From Deltaproteobacteria bacterium (GTDB lineage: Bacteria; Desulfobacterota; Syntrophia; Syntrophales; UBA6807): DNA of 64,000 nt. Shown piece after piece: positions 25,204 through 35,336 of this stretch (the stretch's first letter is position 1; each line of letters starts with the position of its first letter). The position numbers and the translations under genes are program-made. Under the pieces are notes generated by a model that was given only the letters and a program-made list of their open reading frames with translations, did not search any database and was not told the origin of the DNA. The DNA is taken from NCBI GenBank assembly GCA_016935565.1, contig JAFGQS010000144.1, forward strand, positions 10,966-74,965, given 5' to 3'.

Positions 25204-27939
25204 ATGACAATTAAGACCCCAGACATAGTTGTTACAGAGAGTCTTGAAGAAATAGCAAAATATGACCCTGAATTTCGGTTTCGTCAGCTTACGGGCATTA
25301 CCATTAAACTTGCCTTCATCATGACATTGATCCTGTCGATTTTCCACATCTATACGGCAGGATTTGGTGTTTTACAGGAATGGCGTCACCGGGCGTTCCA
25401 TCTTTCATTTGTTCTCCCCCTCGTATTTTTGTTCTATTCCATGAGAAAGAGTGGAACGGAAACGAAAAGATATCTCGTGTATGATTGCATTTACGGACTC
25501 ATAGGAAGCTCCGTTTTTACAAGCCTCTTCCGGGAAATCTTGGAACTTTCGTTTGCCGCGTCGGCATCTTTTGCGATTGGCAGTTTTTTGTTTATTATCT
25601 ATTTTAAAAGACGAGAATATTTCACACATCGATATATTGTCTATCTCGATTTTTCTATTTATACAATAATGATTGGCAGTCTCATTTACGCCGCAAAGCT
25701 TGCATATCAATACATCCATTTTGAAACAGCCTTTCGAGACCCGAATGTAACCCTCGTCTTCTGGAGTATTCTCCTTTTTGGTGTCTTCCTGAGCATCACC
25801 CTGCTCTTTGTCATTCAATGGCTTAAATCATCCTACGCAATCATCAATAAAGCAGGGTTCCGCTATGACCGGGATGATATACCCTATTTCGATGTATTCT
25901 TCGCCCTTCTCGCCTCGGCCGTATCGGTTTATATATTTCTGGAATTCAACAGCCTGGTTTTTCGATCAGGTCTTCCTCTCAAAAGCGACCTCGTTGTCGG
26001 TGCATTCGCATTCTTATTGGTTCTGGAAGGTGCTCGTCGAAGTATCGGTCCTCCCCTCCCCATAATTTCGTTTCTCGTTTTAATTAACTGCTATCTCGGC
26101 CCTTATTTCCTTCACATCCCGGGTCTTAATTTCTTTGCCCACAGGGGGTATTCGATCACCCGGATTATTGAACACATGTTTCTGGGAACAGAGGGAATAT
26201 TCGGGATTCCCCTCGGGGTTGTTGCGACCTTTGTCTTTCACTTTGTCCTCTTCGGCATCTTTATTTCCAAAACTGGTCTTGGACAGCTTTTTATGGATAT
26301 GGCCATGGCAATTGCAGGGTGGTCATCGGGAGGACCCGCCAAGGTTGCCGTCATCAGTTCCGGATTTATGGGCTCAATAAGCGGAAGCTCTATTGCCAAT
26401 ACGGTAACCACCGGGGCCTTTACGATTCCCCTTATGAAGAGAGTCGGATATGAACCCCAATTTGCCGGTGCCGTTGAGGCGGCATCATCAACGGGAGGGC
26501 AGCTGATGCCGCCTATTATGGGAGCGGCTGCATTTATCATGGCGGAATTTCTGGGAATACCCTATATCAAGATTGCCGCATGTGCCGTTGTGCCTGCACT
26601 CCTTTACTTTTTTGCAGTCGGTACGATGGTACATTTCGAGGCAAGAAAGCGAGGGCTTGTGGGACTGCCGCGGGAATCACTTCCTAATTTATGGACTGTC
26701 GTTAAGGAAAGGTGGCTGTTGCTCATGCCCCTCATTATTATCGTGTATCTTCTGATCTCGGGAAGTAGCCCTTTTTTGGCAGCATTCTGGGGAATCATTT
26801 ATTCGGTCGCAGTAGGACAGATCCACGACAGAACTTTTCCTTTCCTGATTGCCGTGTTTCTGTCCATTCCGTCCGTTCTGGTCAGAATAAATCCTGTCGA
26901 TTCTTTTTCCATGTTTTCCGCAGTGTGGTTCATCTGTCTCGCATCCGGGATGTATTATTCCTTCAAAAGATCCGATAGACGCTCCTGGCTTTTCGGATTG
27001 ATTCCAAACATTATTCTTGTGACATTACTTGGATTGAATCTGGAACCATCTTTCTGTGCTTTCTGGACAACGATGGCTGTCATTGCTATCGGCGTTTTCT
27101 ACAAAGAGAGCAAAATGAGGGTATCTGATATATTGGAAACACTGGAACTGGGAACAAAAAATGCTCTTGCTATCGGGGCGGCCTGCGCCTGTATCGGCTT
27201 TATCGTCGGTGCCACGACTCTTACCGGTCTGGGACTCAAGTTTGCAGCAGCTATTATTGAATTGGCCCACGTCGTGGCTTCATTTGTCACCAGCATCGAT
27301 GTCGTTCATATACTGAGCGTGGATGCCACGGCATTGTTTTTTACACTTTTTTTTACCGCTATCGCGTGTTTTATCCTTGGTATGGGGATTCCGACAACTG
27401 CACAGTACATCATCGCTTCTATGATAGCCGCTCCGGCACTGCTGCAATGGGGAATTCATCCCCTCGTGTCCCATATGTTTGTCCTGTTTTATGCTGTCCT
27501 CGCTGATGTGACACCACCGGTGGCCCTGGCAGCCTATGCCGCATCGGGAATATCCGGAGCAAATCCCTTCAAGACGGGACTTACAGCCTTCGGTCTTGCT
27601 ACTGCCGGTTTTATAGTGCCCTTCATCATTGTATCCGCTCCCATAGTGCTCTGGCTCCCGACGCTTCTCGACAGCTCGATTCCATTCGATTATGTACAAT
27701 TCACGCATGTCTTTATAACGCTGGTTGTCGGTGTAATCGCCCTTGGGTCGACTGTCATTGGTTATTTGAAGTGTCCGTCAACCTATAGTGAACGGTTACT
27801 CACCGGTATGGCCGCGATTTGTCTTTTCTACCCTGAAATGTATTCGGATCTCATCGGAGGTGCACTTCTCGTTACTGTTTATGTCATTCAACGGCACAGA
27901 AAAAAAAAGGATGAAATAACAGTACAAGATGGCGCATAA
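25204..27939 (+). CDS. TRAP transporter fused 4TM/12TM permease
   Basis: EGIFGIPLGV, GGPAKVAV, SGSSIANTVTTG, EAASSTGGQLMPPIMGAAAF, LGMGIPTTAQY, ADVTPPVALAA. Confidence 0.93.
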   Translation: MTIKTPDIVVTESLEEIAKYDPEFRFRQLTGITIKLAFIMTLILSIFHIYTAGFGVLQEWRHRAFHLSFVLPLVFLFYSMRKSGTETKRYLVYDCIYGLIGSSVFTSLFREILELSFAASASFAIGSFLFIIYFKRREYFTHRYIVYLDFSIYTIMIGSLIYAAKLAYQYIHFETAFRDPNVTLVFWSILLFGVFLSITLLFVIQWLKSSYAIINKAGFRYDRDDIPYFDVFFALLASAVSVYIFLEFNSLVFRSGLPLKSDLVVGAFAFLLVLEGARRSIGPPLPIISFLVLINCYLGPYFLHIPGLNFFAHRGYSITRIIEHMFLGTEGIFGIPLGVVATFVFHFVLFGIFISKTGLGQLFMDMAMAIAGWSSGGPAKVAVISSGFMGSISGSSIANTVTTGAFTIPLMKRVGYEPQFAGAVEAASSTGGQLMPPIMGAAAFIMAEFLGIPYIKIAACAVVPALLYFFAVGTMVHFEARKRGLVGLPRESLPNLWTVVKERWLLLMPLIIIVYLLISGSSPFLAAFWGIIYSVAVGQIHDRTFPFLIAVFLSIPSVLVRINPVDSFSMFSAVWFICLASGMYYSFKRSDRRSWLFGLIPNIILVTLLGLNLEPSFCAFWTTMAVIAIGVFYKESKMRVSDILETLELGTKNALAIGAACACIGFIVGATTLTGLGLKFAAAIIELAHVVASFVTSIDVVHILSVDATALFFTLFFTAIACFILGMGIPTTAQYIIASMIAAPALLQWGIHPLVSHMFVLFYAVLADVTPPVALAAYAASGISGANPFKTGLTAFGLATAGFIVPFIIVSAPIVLWLPTLLDSSIPFDYVQFTHVFITLVVGVIALGSTVIGYLKCPSTYSERLLTGMAAICLFYPEMYSDLIGGALLVTVYVIQRHRKKKDEITVQDGA

Positions 27940-27981
27940 GAAAATCGATTTCATTTTTTTATATAAAAGGAGTTCTTAAGA

Positions 27982-28986
27982 ATGAGCAAAAAGAAAGTAC
28001 GGATCATACAGTACGGTCTCGGTCCCATCGGGCTTGAAACGGCACGACTGGCACTGAACAAAAGTACTCTGGAAATTGTCGGAGCCGTCGATATTGCACA
28101 AGACATGGTTGGTAAAGATCTCGGTAAAATTCTGGGTTTTGAAGAGAGCATGGGAATTACCGTTACCGATAATCTGGATGAGCTTCTATCCGGCACTGAA
28201 GCTGATATCGTTATACATACGGCCGGATCAAGGATTAAAAACATCTATACCCAATTGGAAGAAATTATTGAGGCAGGACTCAATATCGTGTCGTCCAGTG
28301 AAGAACTTTTGTTCCCATCCGCCGAAAATAAAGGTTTGGCCGAAAAATTAGATACAAAAGCAATGGAACAGGGCGTCACGGTGCTCGGCACCGGGGTCAA
28401 TCCGGGATTTATCATGGATGCCCTTCCCCTCTACCTGACGGGCGTGTGTCAGGATGTAAAAACCATTAAGGTTGAAAGAATCGTTGATGCAGGGACGCGG
28501 CGATATCCGCTTCAGAAGAAAGTAGGTGCCGGGTTAACACCTGAACAGTTCAGGACCATGGTCTCAGAAAAAATGCTCGGTCATGTGGGACTTGCTGAAT
28601 CACTTCAATTTATTGCTCACTATCTCGGTCTTTCCTTTGATAGCGTGGAAGAAACAATCAATCCCGTTATCGCGGAATACCCCGTAAAAACGGCATATTT
28701 CGATCTGAAAAAAGGAGATGTTCTGGGAGTCAAACACATCGTGAACGGAATTAAGGAAAATGAAACGATCGTCAATCTTGATCTCAGGATGTATGTCGGA
28801 GCTGATGATCCCCATGATGCAATTTACATTAACGGAACTCCGAATATTAGGCTGAGGATTGACGGGGGTGTCGCAGGAGATCAGGCGACAGCGGCTATAT
28901 TAGTGAATTCTATATACGATGTAATGAGGGCGCAACCGGGGCTGGTAACGGTAAAAGATCTGCCGGCACCGCATTTCTGCCAGTAA
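27982..28986 (+). CDS. NAD(P)-dependent amine dehydrogenase / 2,4-diaminopentanoate dehydrogenase (Ord)-like, DapB_N fold
   Basis: YGLGPIG Rossmann motif, NIVSSSEEL, LGTGVNPGF, RRYPLQKKVGAG, GGVAGDQATAA. Confidence 0.8.
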   Translation: MSKKKVRIIQYGLGPIGLETARLALNKSTLEIVGAVDIAQDMVGKDLGKILGFEESMGITVTDNLDELLSGTEADIVIHTAGSRIKNIYTQLEEIIEAGLNIVSSSEELLFPSAENKGLAEKLDTKAMEQGVTVLGTGVNPGFIMDALPLYLTGVCQDVKTIKVERIVDAGTRRYPLQKKVGAGLTPEQFRTMVSEKMLGHVGLAESLQFIAHYLGLSFDSVEETINPVIAEYPVKTAYFDLKKGDVLGVKHIVNGIKENETIVNLDLRMYVGADDPHDAIYINGTPNIRLRIDGGVAGDQATAAILVNSIYDVMRAQPGLVTVKDLPAPHFCQ

Positions 28987-29114
28987 AATAGAAATCATAC
29001 ACAAGCGCTTATATAGAGTATCGTGTTGTATGTCATAGTGATTTTGGCATACCCGTGAAATATCGGACGGAGTGGAATCTGATACCATGGCGGGAAAGAC
29101 AAAATGATAGCACC

Positions 29115-29675
29115 TCACTCTTCAAACAGTTTTTTAAAGAATTCCTGCTTTTCTTTCGGAACATATATCGATCCACCACGATCAATGATTAGTTTTCCGT
29201 CAAGATGATCAAGTTCATGCTGTACAATCCGTGCAAGAAATCCGATATATCTTTTGTTGATTTTTTTACCTTCTCTGTCATAGGCCTTGACCTTGATTTC
29301 ATTATACCGAGCCACTTCCACACTTATATCGGGACATGAAAGACATCCCTCTGTCGATGTCTCGCTGTCGCCCCTGAATTGAGTAATCCGCGGATTAATC
29401 AGGATATCATAATCCTTATCGCTCTTTACGAATCCCCTTTCATCAAGATTCTTGTTCTTGAAGACCACCATTTTTTTGCTTATTCCTATTTGCGGAGCAG
29501 CAAGGCCCAAGGCATCATTCCGTGCCAAGAAAGCATCGATGAGAATCTTAATATCTTTCTTGCTGTTCTCGTCAAGGGGGATGGGAATCTCATCAGCTTT
29601 TCTTCTCAAAAGCTTTGATTCCTCTTCATTGACTTTATCATTCTCCCATAGCTTCCAGGTTTTGGTCTTTGCCAT
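29115..29675 (-). CDS. def: Peptide deformylase
   Basis: GLAAPQIG, EGCLS, QHELDHLDG. Confidence 0.93.
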   Translation of the reverse strand: MAKTKTWKLWENDKVNEEESKLLRRKADEIPIPLDENSKKDIKILIDAFLARNDALGLAAPQIGISKKMVVFKNKNLDERGFVKSDKDYDILINPRITQFRGDSETSTEGCLSCPDISVEVARYNEIKVKAYDREGKKINKRYIGFLARIVQHELDHLDGKLIIDRGGSIYVPKEKQEFFKKLFEE

Positions 29676-29914
29676 ATGTTCATTACCCCGTGTGATGATT
29701 GTATGTTAAAATTTTTCATAACACCATCATCCCTTTTTTTCAAGATATTGGAAAGCAGATAAGAATTCTTGATCGCTTCAGAGATATTTGTTAAGGGATT
29801 ATCTTCGGATCGCATGATCTGTTCATAAATCAAGGCGGTCGAGACAATCATACCTGTGGACAAAGAACAGAGCAATGAAATGGTTTGGAATGCACCTGTG
29901 GGAGGAATCATACT

Positions 29915-31153
29915 GTGATCGTTGAATTAATCAGTGAAGGAGCACGTCGGGCGTTTTCAAGCGCTATGCGATTCGACGAAGGGGGAACACCCGTAATACC
30001 CCCATGCGATAAGACAATCCCCCGTCTTCTTTACATACACATTCCTTTCTGTGAACAACTCTGTCCGTACTGTTCCTTCAACCGGTTCCTTTTTGAAGAA
30101 ACGTTATGCCGTGAATACTTCAATGCCCTCAGAAAAGAGATATACCTGTACCGGGAAAAGGGTTATAATTTTGAGGGTATTTACGTTGGGGGAGGAACAC
30201 CGACCGTTCTGATTGATGAACTGGAAGAAACTCTTGAAGTGGCGAAAAGCTGTTTTCACATCAGAGAAATTTCGGTCGAAACCAATCCAAACCACCTGAC
30301 GGATGAGAAAATAAGCGTACTGAAAAGGGCGGGCGTCAACCGTCTTTCCGTTGGTATACAGAGTTTCAACGATGATCTTCTCAGGGCCATGGGTCGTTAC
30401 GACAAATACGGCAGCGGTGTGATTAATGCCGAACGTCTGGTACAATCATCAGGCCATTTCGATACTCTCAATGCAGACATGATCTTTAACTTTCCCGTTC
30501 AGACCTATGAATCACTGGAAAAAGATCTTGACACACTTATTGGTACGGGAGTCGATCAGGTAACATACTATCCCCTTATGGTTTCGGATTTGACCCGTGG
30601 GCTTGTGGAAAAGACCCTCGGTACGGTAGATTATAAAAAGGAAAAGCGATTTTATCGTCTGATTGTTCAAAAACTGCTCCCTCACTATCGTTTTTCATCT
30701 GCCTGGTGTTTTTCCCGACAAGATGCCATGATCGATGAATATATTGTCGATTATGACGAATACGCCGGCCTGGGTAGCGGATCCATCGGTTACTTAAATG
30801 GCAGGTGTTATGCGAATACTTTCGATATACGGCAGTACATAGATCGTTCGAATAAGGGAGAACTTCCCCTTATGGCATCACATAACTTTTCACTAACGGA
30901 TCGGATTCGCTACGATTTCATAATGAATCTGTTTGGTCTGGAATTGGAGGTGACCCCACTGCGGAAAAAATACGGTACAAACGTCTTCCCGTACCTGTGG
31001 AAGGATATCATTGCTTTTATGCTGGCAGGTGGACTGCGGTATCATCACGGCACGTTTTATCTTACAACTCGCGGTCGGTATTACTGGATTATCATCATGC
31101 GGGAGTTTTTTACGGCAGTCAACAACTTCAGGGCTTTTTGCCTCAATTCCTGA
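29915..31153 (+). CDS. Class C radical SAM methyltransferase, probable menaquinone methyltransferase (MenK/MqnK type; HemN-like fold)
   Basis: YIHIPFCEQLCPYCSF, GGGTPT, RLSVGIQSF, QVTYYPLM signature, C-terminal MREFF..VNNFR; GTG 29915 after ggagg preferred over 29885. Confidence 0.72.
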   Translation: MIVELISEGARRAFSSAMRFDEGGTPVIPPCDKTIPRLLYIHIPFCEQLCPYCSFNRFLFEETLCREYFNALRKEIYLYREKGYNFEGIYVGGGTPTVLIDELEETLEVAKSCFHIREISVETNPNHLTDEKISVLKRAGVNRLSVGIQSFNDDLLRAMGRYDKYGSGVINAERLVQSSGHFDTLNADMIFNFPVQTYESLEKDLDTLIGTGVDQVTYYPLMVSDLTRGLVEKTLGTVDYKKEKRFYRLIVQKLLPHYRFSSAWCFSRQDAMIDEYIVDYDEYAGLGSGSIGYLNGRCYANTFDIRQYIDRSNKGELPLMASHNFSLTDRIRYDFIMNLFGLELEVTPLRKKYGTNVFPYLWKDIIAFMLAGGLRYHHGTFYLTTRGRYYWIIIMREFFTAVNNFRAFCLNS

Positions 31154-31220
31154 TGATCGGATAAATGCTTATAACAAGAATCGTTTCTATCTCCAACGAT
31201 TCTTTACAACCGGCGAAGCT

Positions 31221-31643
31221 ATGAAAACGTATCGAAACATTTACATTCTGTATGTGCTTCTCCTCGCTTTTATCCTCATTTCAGGATGTTCGGCCTCTCA
31301 GACAGAACGATTGAAAACAGAAAAAGATTATCAATGTGCGTTCAATGACTTCTATTTCAAAGGTCGCGCCACAATGGAAGTGCCGGTCACATACGGCAGG
31401 ATTGACCTGCTCACCCATGATTTCGCCATAGAAGTTGATCGGCTCTCAAAATTTCACGAGGGAATTGGCCAGGCATTGCATTATGCCAAGGAAACGGGTA
31501 AACGTCCCGGCCTGGCAATCTTCATTGTTGATCCATGTCCGGAGGATTTGAGAAAATTACGATATATCCGCAATCTTTGCGAGTTATACGGTATTAAAAT
31601 GTGGTATATTAATGAAGAACTGGTGAAGGGGACAAAACGATAA
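31221..31643 (+). CDS. Putative lipoprotein with PD-(D/E)xK-like nuclease fold
   Basis: MKT..LLAFILISGC lipobox; EVPVTYGRIDLLT..AIEVD..IGQALHY; start 31221 preferred over 31011. Confidence 0.6.
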   Translation: MKTYRNIYILYVLLLAFILISGCSASQTERLKTEKDYQCAFNDFYFKGRATMEVPVTYGRIDLLTHDFAIEVDRLSKFHEGIGQALHYAKETGKRPGLAIFIVDPCPEDLRKLRYIRNLCELYGIKMWYINEELVKGTKR

Positions 31644-31702
31644 AGATAATAAACGGGAACGGACTCACATGCCTTGCACGGTAGTAAAAAAGAGGATTAT
31701 AT

Positions 31703-33115
31703 ATGGATGACACAAAGAAAAACCTTTTAAAATCACTCCCTAAAATTGACGAGATATTGTTAATTTTGGAGAAGGACCATGTCACCGATAAGGCACCACG
31801 AGAGTTTATCGTTAAAACCTGCCGCCACGTCGTTGGACGGATGAGAGAGACCATACTCTCATCAAAAAAAAAGGGCCATGGAATTCCGTCTGTATCCTCT
31901 GCTGAAGAGGCTGCGGATGAAGTAAAAAAAACAATCGAGGGATTGCATACCTATAGTCTGCGCCGTGTGGTCAATGCAACGGGTATCATCCTGCACACAA
32001 ATCTCGGAAGAGCTCCACTCTGCGACGAAGCACTGGAAAGAATTGTTGACATCAGCCGCGGTTATTCAAATCTGGAATTCAACCTCGAGGAAGGAAAGCG
32101 GGGGCTGCGGTATGATCACGTAGAAAATATACTCTGTGCTCTTACCGGGGCCGATGATGCGATGGTTGTTAACAACAATGCCGCTGCCGTCCTCCTCGCT
32201 CTGAATACCCTGTCTGAAGGGCGAGAGGCGATCGTTTCCCGGGGTGAACTGATTGAAATTGGCGGTGAATTTCGCATACCCGAAGTCATGGAAAAGAGCG
32301 GAGCAACACTCCGAGAGGTGGGAACCACCAATCGGACCCATCTCCCCGATTATGAAAACGCAATCAATGACAATACGGGACTTATATTAAAAGTTCATAC
32401 AAGTAACTTCAGGATTGCCGGTTTTACTGATGCGGTTGAACTGCACGCACTGGTGGAACTTGGCAAAAAATATGGTATACCCGTGATGAATGATTTGGGA
32501 AGCGGATGTTTTGTTGAACTGAGTACATATGGTCTTGAAGAGGAACCGACTGTTCAGGACACTCTGAAAGCGGGACCGGATGTGGTAACCTTCAGCGGAG
32601 ACAAGCTCCTCGGCGGTCCCCAGGCAGGAATTGTTCTAGGAAAAAAAGATATCGTGGAAAAGATAAAAAGAAACCCCCTGAATCGTGCCCTGAGAATCGA
32701 TAAACTGACCCTTGCCGCCCTGGAAGCGACGATGAAACAGTATCTGAACACGGAAGAAGCCCTATCGTGCATAAAAGGCCTACGATCATTGACGGAACCG
32801 GTCGCCACGGTTGAAAAAAAAGCACGAAAATTATTGAAACTATTACAAAAATCACCCCTTGAAGGATTCCTGTTCTCACTGAAGAAAGGAACGTCCATGT
32901 CCGGGGGAGGATCTCTCCCGACACAGGAGATTCCGACGGTTCTTATAGCCATTAATTCCTCCCGTATATCGGCAAGCAGATTGGGAGAACGGTTACGCCA
33001 TCTTGATACACCAATTATTGCTCGAATTTCAGACGAAGAAGTCCTCCTTGATTTACGAACGATTGATGAATCTGAATTTGCGATAATTGAGAATGGATTG
33101 AAAGCGTCCGATTAA
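31703..33115 (+). CDS. selA: L-seryl-tRNA(Sec) selenium transferase
   Basis: VVNATGIILHTNLGRA, VNNNAAA, SRGELIEIGGEFRIP, EVGTTNRTH, FSGDKLLGGPQAG. Confidence 0.96.
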   Translation: MDDTKKNLLKSLPKIDEILLILEKDHVTDKAPREFIVKTCRHVVGRMRETILSSKKKGHGIPSVSSAEEAADEVKKTIEGLHTYSLRRVVNATGIILHTNLGRAPLCDEALERIVDISRGYSNLEFNLEEGKRGLRYDHVENILCALTGADDAMVVNNNAAAVLLALNTLSEGREAIVSRGELIEIGGEFRIPEVMEKSGATLREVGTTNRTHLPDYENAINDNTGLILKVHTSNFRIAGFTDAVELHALVELGKKYGIPVMNDLGSGCFVELSTYGLEEEPTVQDTLKAGPDVVTFSGDKLLGGPQAGIVLGKKDIVEKIKRNPLNRALRIDKLTLAALEATMKQYLNTEEALSCIKGLRSLTEPVATVEKKARKLLKLLQKSPLEGFLFSLKKGTSMSGGGSLPTQEIPTVLIAINSSRISASRLGERLRHLDTPIIARISDEEVLLDLRTIDESEFAIIENGLKASD

Positions 33116-33158
33116 AAAAACCGATATTATGAAGCAGTATAACTAGGCTCAAAGCTCC

Positions 33159-34148
33159 ATGACTCACGACGAGAAAGAACACATTACATTTACCATCGGC
33201 AAACGCGAAGTAGGTGAAAGGCTCGATATATTCCTGACACACAAGGCGAATTCTTTCTCTCGATCACAGATAAAGAGAATCATTACCGAAGGTAATGTAC
33301 GGGTGAACAACCTGAGGATGAAGTCCGGATATCGCTTAAAGGAAGGGGATTTTGTCATTCTTACCAAAGAAGAGCCGAAAGGCTATGATGTCATGCCTGA
33401 AAACATACCGCTGACTATTATCTATGAGGATGCATCAATCATCGTACTCGACAAACCTTCCGGTATGGTTGTCCACCCCGCAGCCGGCAATTACCACGGG
33501 ACCATTGTTAACGCTCTTCTCTTTCACTGCAACGATCTATCGGGTGTGGGGGGCGTTTTGAGACCCGGCATTGTCCACCGTCTCGACAAACAAACCTCGG
33601 GCCTTTTAATAGTTGCCAAGTCGGATTCGGCACATAGAGGGCTGTCGAAACAGTTTAAAAACCATATGGTGAAAAAGCTATATAAAGCTCTCGTCCACGG
33701 AAATATCAAAGATGAAAACGGACTCATTGAATTACCGGTGGGAAGACACCCCACGGATCGAAAGAAGATGTCAACAAAAAGTAAACGGGGCAAAATGGCA
33801 GTTACTCGCTGGAACATCGTTGAGCGGTATAACATAGCCACACTTCTTGATGTTGAGATTGAGACAGGGAGAACGCACCAGATCAGAGTGCACTTAAATA
33901 CAATAGGACATCCCATCATCGGAGATGCCGTTTACGGTAATTCTAAAAAAAGAACCAGCGAAATCAAAAACGACATACTGAGAAATGCCCTCAAACGGAT
34001 TAAGAGACAAGCCCTGCACGCGAGCAAGATAGGATTCCATCATCCGTTTGACGATCGTTACCTGGAGTTTTCATCCCCATTGCCGGATGACATGGCATAT
34101 GCCTGTGAAGCATTGCGACAAAGCTCTTCCGTCCAGCGTGAAATGTAA
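33159..34148 (+). CDS. rluD: RluA-family 23S rRNA pseudouridine synthase with S4 domain
   Basis: RPGIVHRLDKQTSG, ETGRTHQIRVH, RQALHA. Confidence 0.92.
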   Translation: MTHDEKEHITFTIGKREVGERLDIFLTHKANSFSRSQIKRIITEGNVRVNNLRMKSGYRLKEGDFVILTKEEPKGYDVMPENIPLTIIYEDASIIVLDKPSGMVVHPAAGNYHGTIVNALLFHCNDLSGVGGVLRPGIVHRLDKQTSGLLIVAKSDSAHRGLSKQFKNHMVKKLYKALVHGNIKDENGLIELPVGRHPTDRKKMSTKSKRGKMAVTRWNIVERYNIATLLDVEIETGRTHQIRVHLNTIGHPIIGDAVYGNSKKRTSEIKNDILRNALKRIKRQALHASKIGFHHPFDDRYLEFSSPLPDDMAYACEALRQSSSVQREM

Positions 34149-34175
34149 AACGCCTAACCTGAATATTTATTTGAT

Positions 34176-34967
34176 ATGTTTACCTATTCACAAAAAAATG
34201 GCGTTCAGTACCTAGAATATTCCCGGCTTATTGAATGCAACGGTGTTACTCATGCCTTTTGTACACGGTGGGGAGGTGTCAGTAAAGGTCGGTTTGCAAA
34301 TCTTAATTTCAGTGTCAGCGAAGGGGATACACAGAGAAATGTTGCCGAAAACTGGAATATCCTCTCAAACGCTTTCAACATACCGGAAGATCATTTCTTT
34401 ACGGTAAAACAGATACACGGGGACAGGATTCTCATTATTGCTGATAATGTACCGGATTCTCACGATCCGGGTTATGATGGAATTATAACGAATAAACCCG
34501 GTATTGCTATCGGTATTAAAACGGCAGATTGTGTTCCCATTTTCCTGGTAGACAGAGTAAAACATATCATAGGCACTATCCACGCAGGGTGGAAGGGAAC
34601 ATCCCTGAACATCGCAGGCAAGGCCCTTCGCATTTTGGTCAAAAAATTTGCATCGAAGCCGGAAGACATTATCGTTACCATCGGCCCTTCTATCGGTCCC
34701 TGCTGTTATGAGGTGGATGAAAAGGTTTGGACGGCAATGGAAAAAGACCCGGACAGGGATTTCTTGTTCAAAGAATCCCGAAAAGCGGAAAGATGGATGC
34801 TGGATCTTCCACAAGCCAATCAACGACAAATACTGCGTGCCGGAATTTCTTCAGAAAATGTAACATCGGCCGGAATTTGTACTTCCTGTCACCGGGACAC
34901 CTTCTTTTCTCATAGAGGGGAAGGAGGACAGACAGGCCGTCAGTTGAACTTCATCATGTTACAATAA
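34176..34967 (+). CDS. pgeF: Peptidoglycan editing factor / purine nucleoside phosphorylase YfiH
   Basis: QIHG, TADCVPI, IHAGWKG, IGPSIGPCCYEV, CT..FFSHR; follows rluD. Confidence 0.92.
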   Translation: MFTYSQKNGVQYLEYSRLIECNGVTHAFCTRWGGVSKGRFANLNFSVSEGDTQRNVAENWNILSNAFNIPEDHFFTVKQIHGDRILIIADNVPDSHDPGYDGIITNKPGIAIGIKTADCVPIFLVDRVKHIIGTIHAGWKGTSLNIAGKALRILVKKFASKPEDIIVTIGPSIGPCCYEVDEKVWTAMEKDPDRDFLFKESRKAERWMLDLPQANQRQILRAGISSENVTSAGICTSCHRDTFFSHRGEGGQTGRQLNFIMLQ

Positions 34968-35336
34968 AAGAATCTTGGAGGAACAAAAAAAGTGATAACC
35001 ACAAGAAAGGACTCAGGAAAAAACGTCATCAAACAGGTTGTTGCCCCGGCGAAAATTAATTTGAGCAACAGGCCCTTAAAATTTTAACTTGACATGGATC
35101 ATCGTTTGATATAAAAATTCACGTATCTTATAAAGATATTTACAAACCCTTCCTTGTTGAAGTGTTTCTACTATGTTCTCAATAACCATCGTTTGAATGT
35201 ATCCAGGGAATTTGTCAAAATGTCTGATTATTCCTCCGGCATAAAACGGAATGATCAGAGTACATATCGCATAATCTTGTAATAAGAGGAAACATCTTAC
35301 GCTGCGTAGGAAGATTATTTACAGAGGGTAAAGCCT

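Noticed and set aside
31703-33115. Selenoproteins (UGA read-through) near selA
   Set aside because: No gene in the window shows an obvious in-frame TGA at a conserved Cys position
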